IMG/VR virus record: IMGVR_UViG_3300044640_001752
From: an uncultured virus (IMG/VR IMGVR_UViG_3300044640_001752)
Taxonomy: Duplodnaviria > Heunggongvirae > Uroviricota > Caudoviricetes
Length of the DNA stretch: 64,000 nucleotides
Reading direction: 5' to 3' (one strand)
Shown in pieces: positions 22,762 to 31,668 of the stretch; the first letter of the stretch is position 1, and each line of letters starts with the position of its first letter. The position numbers and the translations under genes were made by a program. The notes under the pieces were generated by a model. It searched no databases. It was not told the origin of the DNA and was given only the letters and a program-made list of their open reading frames with translations.

Positions 22762-23781
22762 ATGACCCAAGTCCTAATCCGCAACGGCGTTTATCGCAAT
22801 AAACCCGTACACAACGAAGTGTTTGAATTGGTCAAAGACTATACAGCCGGTGCTAAGGGTGGTTTTGTCACCATCGACAGCAAAGGATTTTTTGGACCCG
22901 AGTTTGGTATTGCTCGTGTCAAGGTAGACAGCATGGAAGACATTGAAATCCAAGGTGCTACAGCCACCACAGCGTCTGCTGTGAAAGCAGCACCTGTTCC
23001 AGAGGCTAGTGACGAAGAAGTCATGGCTCGTATCCGTGAGCGTTTTGAAATCCTAGACGAAATGACCAAGGCCGCTGTGGCCGGTGATGTCCGTGCCATG
23101 ATTGTGTCGGGTCCTCCGGGCGTGGGCAAGAGCTACGGCGTGGAGAAAATTATCGAAGCTGCCTGTTTGTTTGACAAGATCTCTGGCAAGCGACTACGTG
23201 CTGAAGTGGTCAAAGGTTCAGCCACAGCATTGGGTCTGTACCAAACACTATACAAGTACAGCGACAAAAACTGTGTGCTGGTGTTTGATGACTGCGACAG
23301 CATCCTGTTGGATGACGTGGCCTTGAACTTGTTGAAAGGTGCCCTGGACTCAGGCAAGAAGCGTAAGATTTCGTGGTTGTCGGACAGCTCAGTGCTACGC
23401 CGTGAAGGTGTGCCAGACAGCTTCAACTTCAACGGTACAGTGATTTTTATTACTAATTTGAAGTTTGACAAGATGAAAAGCCAGAAACTGCGTGATCACT
23501 TGGATGCACTGCAATCACGCTGCCACTACTTGGACTTGACCTTGGACACCATGCGTGACAAGATCTTGCGTATCAAACAGATTGCCAACGACGGTCAGTT
23601 GTTTGAAGAATACGAGTTTGACGCAGAAACGCAAGAGGAGATCATTGACTTCATGACGCACAACGCTACTCGCTTCCGTGAGATGAGCTTGCGTATGGCA
23701 ATCAAGATTGCTGACTTGCGTAAGAGCTTTCCGCTCAAATGGAAGGCCATGACCGAAGTCACTTGTATGAAAGCAGCCTAA
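22762..23781 (+). CDS. AAA+ ATPase
   Basis: GPPGVGKS Walker A, LVFDDCD Walker B, FITN sensor, ALQSR arginine finger. Confidence 0.85.
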   Translation: MTQVLIRNGVYRNKPVHNEVFELVKDYTAGAKGGFVTIDSKGFFGPEFGIARVKVDSMEDIEIQGATATTASAVKAAPVPEASDEEVMARIRERFEILDEMTKAAVAGDVRAMIVSGPPGVGKSYGVEKIIEAACLFDKISGKRLRAEVVKGSATALGLYQTLYKYSDKNCVLVFDDCDSILLDDVALNLLKGALDSGKKRKISWLSDSSVLRREGVPDSFNFNGTVIFITNLKFDKMKSQKLRDHLDALQSRCHYLDLTLDTMRDKILRIKQIANDGQLFEEYEFDAETQEEIIDFMTHNATRFREMSLRMAIKIADLRKSFPLKWKAMTEVTCMKAA

Positions 23782-23792
23782 GGAGTTAAACA

Positions 23793-23999
23793 ATGAACCA
23801 ATCAATTCGCGAACTTGCTGAACAGGCCGGATATGAAGCAGACTTGTTTGGTGTAGGGCATTGGAATATGCCCGAGTGTCAAAAGTTCGTTGAGTTGATT
23901 GTTCGGGAATGTGGCAACATTGCTTTTGAACATTGGGCTCTGACACACAGCAACTCACCTCAAGAGGCCATACTCAAACATTTCGGAGTTGAAGCATGA
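23793..23999 (+). CDS. Small hypothetical protein (MN-x2-IRELAEQAG family)
   Basis: IRELAEQAG...KFVELIVREC...HFGVE. Confidence 0.75.
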   Translation: MNQSIRELAEQAGYEADLFGVGHWNMPECQKFVELIVRECGNIAFEHWALTHSNSPQEAILKHFGVEA

Positions 24000-24232
24000 A
24001 TGAACGAATTCGAGAACTTGCTGAACAGGCTGGATTACCAAAGTATATCACACGAGAGATCGGTCCAACAATAATTCAAAAGTTTGCCGAATTATTGATC
24101 AAGGAATGTTATGAAAGTTGCCGAAGTCAGGTACTTGATAAAGAAACTGCTGACACAAACGAACTAACATATAATGATGCTGTCAGTGATTGTGCAATTG
24201 GGTTATTACAACATTTTGAGATGATGGAATGA
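23996..24232 (+). CDS. Small hypothetical protein (MN-x2-IRELAEQAG family)
   Basis: IRELAEQAG...KFAELLIKEC...HFE; ATGA overlap. Confidence 0.75.
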   Translation: MNERIRELAEQAGLPKYITREIGPTIIQKFAELLIKECYESCRSQVLDKETADTNELTYNDAVSDCAIGLLQHFEMME

Positions 24233-24282
24233 ACGAACGAATTCGAGAATTGGCAGATAGATTTTACCCGGATTGTCTGTAG
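24229..24282 (+). pseudogene. Truncated third copy (MNERIRELADRFYPDCL*)
   Basis: ATGA overlap; first 9 residues match the preceding gene, then the sequence diverges and stops. Confidence 0.55.
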
Positions 24283-24310
24283 TAAACGCTCCTGTTTAGA
24301 CAATCTGTTT

Positions 24311-24344
24311 GGGGCATCGTAGCAATACGGTGCCTCTTTTTTTT
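24311..24344 (+). terminator. Intrinsic terminator
   Basis: GGGGCATCGTA-GCAA-TACGGTGCCTC followed by T8. Confidence 0.85.
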
Positions 24345-24371
24345 GACTTCTGTCTGCAAATAGTGTACTAT
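24343..24371 (+). promoter_or_regulatory. sigma70-like promoter
   Basis: TTGACT-17-TACTAT, overlapping the terminator T tract. Confidence 0.55.
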
Positions 24372-24378
24372 ATACATT

Positions 24379-25500
24379 ATGACCTTTTGCTATTCGCCAT
24401 GGACCAATATTGACATCGACCCTAAGGGTAATATAGCTCCGTGCTGTAAGTTTCAGTTTGATAAAAATACAGAAAAATTTAACATTCAAACTCATACTAT
24501 AAAACAATATTCAAAAAGCGATTTTCTTCAACAAATTCGCAGCGAATTTATGCAGGGAAATTGGCCTGCTGGCTGTGAACGTTGTAAAATTGAAGAACAA
24601 AATAATATTGAAAGCAAACGAAACCTAGATAACACACGCTGGAAAGACCATTACAACCGATACAATTTAGACAGTAAAGAATTTATAACAGCAAGTATTG
24701 CATTTGGTAATACTTGCAATCTAAAATGCATAATATGCAGTCCGTATGCATCTAGTAAATGGCAAAAAGAGTACAAAACCATCTACGGAATTGATATTGC
24801 TCATAATAAGTTTTATAAAAATAATTTTGTAAAAGATCTTGTCGAAGCTGCGCCAAATCTGATACATCTTGACATACCCGGAGGAGAACCATTGCTCAGT
24901 GGAGTGCCAGAACAAAAAGAATTGCTTGGTTATTATATTCAATCTGGGAAGTCTCAAAATATGTCATTGCACTATACAACTAATGCCACTATATTTCCAG
25001 ATCCGGAATGGTGGGAGATTTGGAGTTGTTTTCAAAATGTAGACATACAATTAAGTATAGATGCCATCGGTGATCGATACGAATATGTAAGATATCCAGC
25101 CAATTGGAAAACAACACTCCACAATGTGGAACAATACATGCAGCGACAAAAAGATAACATCCAGTTAAGTATAAGTCATAGTGTAAGTGCCTATAATATA
25201 TATTATCTTGACGAATTTTTTGAATGGTGCTATACTATGGGATTGCCGCGTCCTTGGATAGGGAGAGTACATACTCCTGCACATATGAGACCAAGTGTTT
25301 GGCATGATACTGCCCGCCAAGCCATTATAGATAAATTGTCACAAAGTCAATATTCGGATGTACATGCTTGGAAAGAGATGATTGCTAATTCTGATGATAG
25401 TGCATTATTTGAAACCTTTAAAAAATATCTACTACAACATGACCAATATCGTGGCACAAGTTTTGCTAAAGTATTTCCGGAACTAAACAAATACCTATGA
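24379..25500 (+). CDS. Radical SAM protein with N-terminal SPASM/twitch-like cluster
   Basis: CYSPW...PCC...CERC; CNLKCIIC; GGEP; YTTN. Confidence 0.9.
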   Translation: MTFCYSPWTNIDIDPKGNIAPCCKFQFDKNTEKFNIQTHTIKQYSKSDFLQQIRSEFMQGNWPAGCERCKIEEQNNIESKRNLDNTRWKDHYNRYNLDSKEFITASIAFGNTCNLKCIICSPYASSKWQKEYKTIYGIDIAHNKFYKNNFVKDLVEAAPNLIHLDIPGGEPLLSGVPEQKELLGYYIQSGKSQNMSLHYTTNATIFPDPEWWEIWSCFQNVDIQLSIDAIGDRYEYVRYPANWKTTLHNVEQYMQRQKDNIQLSISHSVSAYNIYYLDEFFEWCYTMGLPRPWIGRVHTPAHMRPSVWHDTARQAIIDKLSQSQYSDVHAWKEMIANSDDSALFETFKKYLLQHDQYRGTSFAKVFPELNKYL

Positions 25501-26273
25501 AATTATTAATTGCAGGATGTTCATATACTAACGGATGTGGCTTACCAGGAGAAAAAGATAATCCTAAAATTTGGCCCAATCAATTAGCCCAACGACTCAA
25601 TGTTGATTCTATAACAAATGTTGCCAAGTCTGGTGCCAATAATCAAAAAATATTTTTAGAAACAATATCAGCAATGATTAAAAATCACTATGATCTAATA
25701 CTAGTCTCGTGGTCAGTCATTGGTAGATTTAATTTCCATGTAGGATTAGAACGCTATCCAGTTGGAACATTATTAACAGATTCACACGATGTAAATATTG
25801 TTGGAGGCCAAACTATTTCAAAAAAATGGTTATTGGAAACAGGAGATCGTCTAAGAAAATTACATAACGACCATTGGGATTTATTGGAGTTAGTAAAGTA
25901 TGTTAATGTGTTAGTTGGATTACAAAAATCTTCCGGTGGTAAAATATTTTTTGTGAACGGTATTGGAAGTTGGTCTGATCAATATTTTGTTAAAAAACAA
26001 ATTCAACTTCCGTCAGATCTTGACAGATACACCTACAATTTATTAGATGCAGACATGCGCGATGACGAAGAGATATTTGCATTGTACAACATGATACATC
26101 AACATTATAACGAATACGGCGGCATACAAGAAAATTTGTGGTTGAATCTATATCAATCATTGTTAAAGATGAAGATAGATTCAGTTAGTAATGATGATCT
26201 ACATCCTGGAATATTAAGCCAGGACTTGTTTACTGATTTTTTGTATAAGCGCATAACTGAAAAAATAAAATGA
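25497..26273 (+). CDS. SGNH/GDSL-like hydrolase-fold protein
   Basis: AGCSYTNG, NVAKSGANN, DDLHPG. Confidence 0.65.
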   Translation: MKLLIAGCSYTNGCGLPGEKDNPKIWPNQLAQRLNVDSITNVAKSGANNQKIFLETISAMIKNHYDLILVSWSVIGRFNFHVGLERYPVGTLLTDSHDVNIVGGQTISKKWLLETGDRLRKLHNDHWDLLELVKYVNVLVGLQKSSGGKIFFVNGIGSWSDQYFVKKQIQLPSDLDRYTYNLLDADMRDDEEIFALYNMIHQHYNEYGGIQENLWLNLYQSLLKMKIDSVSNDDLHPGILSQDLFTDFLYKRITEKIK

Positions 26274-27760
26274 CAACAGCAACCATAATCATACACGACG
26301 AAGTCAATATCAAGATTGAAGGCCTAGATCTTGATACTCGTCGCAAGCTGGTCAATCGATTCAAGTATCTGAACCCTGCTGCACGTTATCTACCTGCTGT
26401 AAGACTGGGACGATGGGATGGAAAAGTAGCTTACTTTCAATTGGGCGGCAGCACTTATGTAAACTTGCTGCCAGAAATTGTACCTATCTTAGAAGACGCT
26501 GGGTACGATATAGAACTAGATGATCGTAGAACTTACAGCACTAAGTTTGAGTTTGCTGCAATGTCAGAAAACACGTTTAGTGATCGTGCGTGGCCCAAGG
26601 GACATGAACGAGAAGGGCAACCCGTAGTACTACGTGATTATCAAGTGGAAATCATCAACGAGTTTCTTGCAAATCCTCAAAGCCTACAAGAAGTGGCAAC
26701 AGGTGCCGGAAAAACACTTATCACAGCAGCACTGAGCTGGCAAGCTGGTCACTACGGACGCACTATTGTGATTGTGCCCAACAAGAGTCTAGTAACACAA
26801 ACTGAAATAGACTATCGTAACTTGGGATTAGATGTTGGTGTTTACTTTGGTGATCGCAAAGAATGGGGCCGTCAACACACCATCTGCACTTGGCAAAGTC
26901 TAAACGTGTTGTTGAAGAACACCAAGTCCGGCGAAGCTGATTGCACTATACAAGACTTTATTGAGGATGTGGTTTGTGTTATTGTAGACGAAGTACACAT
27001 GGCCAAGGCTGATGCACTTAAAACTTTACTGACCGGAGTAATGGCTCATATTCCCATACGTTGGGGGCTGACCGGTACTGTGCCCAAGGAAGATTTTGAG
27101 TTTCAGTCACTGCATGTGAGCCTTGGTCCGGTAGTGGGGAGACTGCGGGCCAGCGAATTACAAGCACAGGGCGTACTTGCACAATGCCATGTAAATATTG
27201 TGCAACTGGTTGATCATGTTGAATACAAGGACTATCAAAGCGAATTAAAGTACTTGGTTACTACGCCGGAGAGAATTGATGCCATTGCTCGACTAGTTGA
27301 TCGCATCAAAGATTCGGGCAATACACTTATCTTAGTTGATCGAATTGAAACTGGCAAGATACTGCAAGCACATCTTAGCACACTGTTTAGCCTGCTGTCA
27401 GACCGACCCGATGTGGTATTTGTGTCAGGTGCAACCAAAGCTGCTGATAGAAAAGATGAATACGATGAAATTGCCACTAGTACCAACAAGATCATCATTG
27501 CCACTTACGGTGTGGCAGCAGTGGGCATCAATATACCGCGTATTTTTAACTTGGTCATGATTGAATCGGGCAAGAGCTTTACCAGAGTTATTCAAAGTAT
27601 CGGTCGTGGAATTAGAAAAGCTGAAGACAAGGACCACGTGGAGATTTGGGACATTACAAGTACCTGCAAGTTTGCTCGTCGACACTTGACACGACGCAAG
27701 GCATTCTACAAAGAAGCAAACTATCCTTTTAGTGCAGAAAAATTGGAGTGGCAAAAGTAA
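26270..27760 (+). CDS. uvsW: UvsW-like SF2 helicase
   Basis: LRDYQ, ATGAGKT, VDEVH, GLTGT, QSIGRGIR. Confidence 0.92.
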   Translation: MTTATIIIHDEVNIKIEGLDLDTRRKLVNRFKYLNPAARYLPAVRLGRWDGKVAYFQLGGSTYVNLLPEIVPILEDAGYDIELDDRRTYSTKFEFAAMSENTFSDRAWPKGHEREGQPVVLRDYQVEIINEFLANPQSLQEVATGAGKTLITAALSWQAGHYGRTIVIVPNKSLVTQTEIDYRNLGLDVGVYFGDRKEWGRQHTICTWQSLNVLLKNTKSGEADCTIQDFIEDVVCVIVDEVHMAKADALKTLLTGVMAHIPIRWGLTGTVPKEDFEFQSLHVSLGPVVGRLRASELQAQGVLAQCHVNIVQLVDHVEYKDYQSELKYLVTTPERIDAIARLVDRIKDSGNTLILVDRIETGKILQAHLSTLFSLLSDRPDVVFVSGATKAADRKDEYDEIATSTNKIIIATYGVAAVGINIPRIFNLVMIESGKSFTRVIQSIGRGIRKAEDKDHVEIWDITSTCKFARRHLTRRKAFYKEANYPFSAEKLEWQK

Positions 27761-28344
27761 TGGGACAAGTATTTAAACACGCAGTAAATTTTACAAAGAA
27801 TATACAACCGTTTTCGGTGTTTGTAGAAATCGGCAGCGATCGATGGGAAGGCAGTACAGAATTTTTGGCCAACTTGGCAGCAGAACGCAATACTGTATTG
27901 CATTCTGTGGATATCAATTCTAGTGCCAGTGACAGGATTAACAATCCGTCTATTAAGTGGCATGTCGGATCTGGGTCAACTTGGTGTCAGCAGTATTCGG
28001 CTAATATAGGAAAACGTATAGGTTTACTGTACTTGGACAATTTTGATTATGACTGGGATATTAATCAAGTTAATAAAATGATACAAGATCAAAAAATTGA
28101 ATACCTTAATAACTATGGTGTAACAATGAATAATCAAACTTGTCAAATCGAACACATGAAACAGATTATTGCATTAACGCCTTGGCTTGCTAGTCAGTGT
28201 ATTGTTATGTTTGACGATACATACCGTTATAATGATTGCTGGATTGGTAAATGTGGTCCTGCTGTTGTTTATCTATTGGCATTGGGATTTGAAATTGTCA
28301 GAGACGAAGAACGTGAATTCGGTATCATAATGATTCGTGGTTGA
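27760..28344 (+). CDS. Methyltransferase-like protein (related to 18738)
   Basis: VEIGS, SVDI, LYLDNFD, FDDT; TAATG overlap with uvsW. Confidence 0.6.
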   Translation: MGQVFKHAVNFTKNIQPFSVFVEIGSDRWEGSTEFLANLAAERNTVLHSVDINSSASDRINNPSIKWHVGSGSTWCQQYSANIGKRIGLLYLDNFDYDWDINQVNKMIQDQKIEYLNNYGVTMNNQTCQIEHMKQIIALTPWLASQCIVMFDDTYRYNDCWIGKCGPAVVYLLALGFEIVRDEEREFGIIMIRG

Positions 28345-28370
28345 CTTTAGTAATTCATTTATTGTATAAT
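28341..28370 (+). promoter_or_regulatory. sigma70-like promoter
   Basis: TTGACT-18-TATAAT. Confidence 0.65.
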
Positions 28371-28376
28371 TAAAGC

Positions 28377-28877
28377 ATGAGAATACTTACACTTGACAAC
28401 TTGGCTTATGATTTAGATACACTTCCGGAAGAAGTGGATGACATGCGATTTGCTATTTTAGACAATAGCGATCCGCAAAACCCCGACTATCACTATATTC
28501 CTCTTATCTTTTTGGAAAGTTTTAATGCTCCGGCATTGGTGTTGCAAATCGGAGACCACACAATCAAAATGCCCATGGATTGGCGTATCCTTATTGGCGA
28601 ACCCGACGGCGGTGACCTAGAAGTGTTGTCATTGACCAGTATCAATGATCGCGGGTTCAAGGCATTTCAGTTCAATCCGCTAACCAGTTTTCGTCCCAGT
28701 TTTCCCGACATTGAAATTGTAGATGTATATCACGACGTGGCTTGGTATGCACCCAAGCTGAAAAATGGACAAATGCTGAGTGTGCCGTTGGATGATACAC
28801 ACAAACCTGACTGTGTGTATTTTGTCAAGGACATCAGCAGAAACTGCGAAATTCTAGACTACAACAAGGCCTGGTAA
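28377..28877 (+). CDS. Beta-rich hypothetical protein
   Basis: 166-aa ORF directly behind a promoter. Confidence 0.7.
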   Translation: MRILTLDNLAYDLDTLPEEVDDMRFAILDNSDPQNPDYHYIPLIFLESFNAPALVLQIGDHTIKMPMDWRILIGEPDGGDLEVLSLTSINDRGFKAFQFNPLTSFRPSFPDIEIVDVYHDVAWYAPKLKNGQMLSVPLDDTHKPDCVYFVKDISRNCEILDYNKAW

Positions 28878-28878
28878 C

Positions 28879-29079
28879 ATGACACAATATTCCTCCAAAG
28901 AAAAACCACCGGTTGCCAAAATTCAAGCTGCAGATTCTGCCAGCGAAAAAAAGCTTGATCGTCGAATTAGAAAATTAATCGACCAGGTGGAAGAGCAACA
29001 AAAAGTCATTGACAGAATGCACAGAGATATAGTACGCTTGCGTGTAGCTATCAACGAAGTTTCAGCAAGGATCAAATAG
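28879..29079 (+). CDS. Small coiled-coil protein
   Basis: Heptad pattern; 66 aa. Confidence 0.65.
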   Translation: MTQYSSKEKPPVAKIQAADSASEKKLDRRIRKLIDQVEEQQKVIDRMHRDIVRLRVAINEVSARIK

Positions 29080-29081
29080 TC

Positions 29082-30215
29082 ATGCCACAAGTAGCCATGT
29101 ACAATTGCTTATCCTATAATCTATTACCGCATGAGACTATTGATGTAAGTTTAATTAAAGTCTACAACGAAAATCCGCTTTCTAACTCGACTGATGAGTT
29201 AGAAAAATTTTTACTTGATACAACTTCGATCAAGTTGGCTTTGGTGCATATAACTGATGATCTCAATTCTACCAAGACACGACTTGATCGACTCATTGGT
29301 TGTACACAAGTTATAGTTAAAGGTGTAGAGTTTAAAGCAGGCGTTCCAGAACTTGTCCTCAAGTACGATCTTCCCAATTTTGTATTCATACTTAACGGTT
29401 ATTTAAATTTTGAGTTGCAACACGCAACAGTTGATCAAGACCTGTATTGGATTAAATCCACTACAGATCCATATATAAAAGATTGGGGTCATGTTTTAGA
29501 AAAAAATCTGCATCCTTTTGACAAAAAACCTTTTATGTTTGATGTGCTGTACGGTGTTCCAAAATCTCACAGAATGTTTGTTAAGAAAAAACTTCAGACT
29601 ATCGCAGACCCGACATGGTATTATGAGTCACCGGTCTTTGTTAAACCAGGGGCAGATAGTAAAAATTGGGCCGGTTTTAATTTTGATCAGACTGATCTGT
29701 GGGAAGATAATATGGAAATCAATATCGAGCAGACTTATCGCTGTCGATACCGCGGTAAAGAAATGCATATAAGTCAAGTTCTGCCACTTAAGATTTATAA
29801 CAAGACAGCATACAGCATTGTTATGGAAACTTGGGCAGACAATCGTTACAGTTTCTTCACAGAAAAGATTGCCAAACCCATTTTGGGTCGCCGTCTGTTT
29901 GTAGTAATATCTGGGCAGCACTTTCTTCGCAATTTACGACAGTTGGGATTTAAAACGTTTGACGGCATAATTGACGAGTCATATGATAGCATCCAAGAAA
30001 GCACAACACGCTGGGCAAAAGCTATTGAACAAACTAAATGGCTTTGCCAGCAGCCCCAGGAGAAGATATTATCGCAGATTGCACCAATAGTAATACATAA
30101 CTTTGCAGTACTTAGTAATTTACGTCTTTCACCAGTTGATGAATATGCTGAAAAATTTTTAATACAGAACGGATGCGCTAGTAAAGGAACAGTATATGAG
30201 TCAGACAACAGATAA
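29082..30215 (+). CDS. Putative GT-B glycosyltransferase (GT10-like C-terminal motif)
   Basis: YSIVMET...FFTEKIAKPI...GFKTF...DESYD. Confidence 0.5.
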   Translation: MPQVAMYNCLSYNLLPHETIDVSLIKVYNENPLSNSTDELEKFLLDTTSIKLALVHITDDLNSTKTRLDRLIGCTQVIVKGVEFKAGVPELVLKYDLPNFVFILNGYLNFELQHATVDQDLYWIKSTTDPYIKDWGHVLEKNLHPFDKKPFMFDVLYGVPKSHRMFVKKKLQTIADPTWYYESPVFVKPGADSKNWAGFNFDQTDLWEDNMEINIEQTYRCRYRGKEMHISQVLPLKIYNKTAYSIVMETWADNRYSFFTEKIAKPILGRRLFVVISGQHFLRNLRQLGFKTFDGIIDESYDSIQESTTRWAKAIEQTKWLCQQPQEKILSQIAPIVIHNFAVLSNLRLSPVDEYAEKFLIQNGCASKGTVYESDNR

Positions 30216-30498
30216 ATCGACACGCAGTCAGCGTATTCAACAAAAGAATCGACACATTGCACGGCAAGTACGAATTCGTCAGGCACACAAGTTTCCTGCG
30301 ATCAATACCAGCAAGGTAGACAGCCCGCATCGTTATCACAAGACAACAGGTGTAACCTGTGGCGATAGCCGCTGTGCCATGTGCGGAAATCCACGCAAGT
30401 TTTTCAAAGAACCTACTATGCAGGAAAAGCGTTGGTTACAGGACATGGATACCACCCGCGAACGTCGCAGCAACGGAACAATAAACAACGATGAGTGA
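30196..30498 (+). CDS. Basic hypothetical protein with Cys cluster
   Basis: CGDSRCAMCGNPR. Confidence 0.65.
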   Translation: MSQTTDKSTRSQRIQQKNRHIARQVRIRQAHKFPAINTSKVDSPHRYHKTTGVTCGDSRCAMCGNPRKFFKEPTMQEKRWLQDMDTTRERRSNGTINNDE

Positions 30499-30940
30499 TA
30501 AACTAAACATTGCCAACGAAATGCAGCAGTTGGACCTCAAAAACCGACAATTTTATAATGAGCTGACACCAGAGGAACGTAAAAAGTTTTCTAACTTTCT
30601 TATGATTCGCTGGGGCAGCAGTGTTCAAGGTCCTCGAGAGTTGCAGGAATACTATGTGCAAAGTTGCAATCATTACTTTAACAAACATTTCTTTTCTATA
30701 AACAAGCATCCCGAACTACAATGGCTTTGTGCCACTGCTGTCAGTCCAGGCATGGGCGCACATCGACACCAGTGGATTGCACCCAAAAAGAAAGAAGGTA
30801 GTAACAGTGCTGTTAGAAAAAAATTAGCAGAGTTGCACCCCAGCATGAAAGACGACGAGTTAGATCTTTTGGCCAAGATAACAACCAAACAAGAATTGGA
30901 TGAATATGTTAAAGCTCACGGTAACGAAGTAAAGAAATAA
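30491..30940 (+). CDS. Possible clamp-loader small subunit (gp62-like)
   Basis: F-x2-FLMIRW-x-S...N...LQW...RHQWI pattern and size; tentative. Confidence 0.45.
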   Translation: MSDKLNIANEMQQLDLKNRQFYNELTPEERKKFSNFLMIRWGSSVQGPRELQEYYVQSCNHYFNKHFFSINKHPELQWLCATAVSPGMGAHRHQWIAPKKKEGSNSAVRKKLAELHPSMKDDELDLLAKITTKQELDEYVKAHGNEVKK

Positions 30941-30941
30941 C

Positions 30942-30970
30942 TTGTCCAACAAGATCTTCAGTGTTATACT
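30942..30970 (+). promoter_or_regulatory. sigma70-like promoter
   Basis: TTGTCC-17-TATACT with TGn. Confidence 0.55.
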
Positions 30971-30993
30971 AACCATTTTATCTGTGAAGAAGA

Positions 30994-31668
30994 ATGAAAT
31001 TTGAATGTCAATACTGTAAAAAATCTTTTGCCAAAGAAACCACACTTATAGTACATGTTTGTGAGCAGAAGAAACGCTACCAAAGTCAAAATGAAACTGG
31101 TATACAGATAGGATTACGTGCTTATCAAAAATTCTATGACATGAGTCAAGGCACAGGGCGGTCAAAATCATTTGATGACTTTGCTGCCAGTCCCTACTAT
31201 CGTGCATTTGCTCGTTTTGGACAATACTGTGTCAGTGTACGTGCTGTCAACGTTCCGCGTTTTGTTGAATGGCTACTAAAGAACAACAAGAAAATTGATT
31301 ACTGGTGTAAGGACAGTGTTTACGAAGAATTCTTGGCAGAATATCTGCGAGTGGAAAATGTCATGGATGCCATATATCGAGCAATTGAAACCAGTATCGA
31401 CTGGGCAGAAAAAACTGGCAATCCAGCACATGATTACATAAGATTCGGCAACGACAATGTTATATGTCATGCTGTTTCGTCAGGCCGAGTCTCAGCTTGG
31501 GCACTGTATAACTCCACCTCCGGAGTAGAATTTTTATCTCGATTGAACAGTAATCAAATCAATCTGATTTGGCCGTATGTGGATGCTGACTTTTGGCAAA
31601 AACGGTTTCGAGACTACCCAGAAGACACAGCAGCAGCTCGTGACATTTTAAAACAGGCAGGATGGTGA
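30994..31668 (+). CDS. Zinc-finger-containing hypothetical protein
   Basis: CQYCKKSF...H-x-C. Confidence 0.7.
   Translation: MKFECQYCKKSFAKETTLIVHVCEQKKRYQSQNETGIQIGLRAYQKFYDMSQGTGRSKSFDDFAASPYYRAFARFGQYCVSVRAVNVPRFVEWLLKNNKKIDYWCKDSVYEEFLAEYLRVENVMDAIYRAIETSIDWAEKTGNPAHDYIRFGNDNVICHAVSSGRVSAWALYNSTSGVEFLSRLNSNQINLIWPYVDADFWQKRFRDYPEDTAAARDILKQAGW

Larger units (their letters stand above)
21709..22764 (+). repeat. Four dispersed direct repeats, each comprising operator-like box, promoter, RBS and ATG
   Basis: TGGTAGACC-17nt-TATA(A/C)T...TAACAAAAC(A/G)GG...ATG at about 21776-21840, 22007-22098, 22259-22349 and 22673-22764. Confidence 0.9.

Noticed and set aside
21709..22764. Repeats as a CRISPR array or integron attC sites
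   Set aside because: Spacers are whole ORFs of unequal length, the repeats are promoter/RBS units, and no cas or integrase gene is in the window
24233..24378. tRNA or structured ncRNA in this intergenic region
   Set aside because: No cloverleaf or T-loop motif; explained by a gene remnant, a terminator and a promoter
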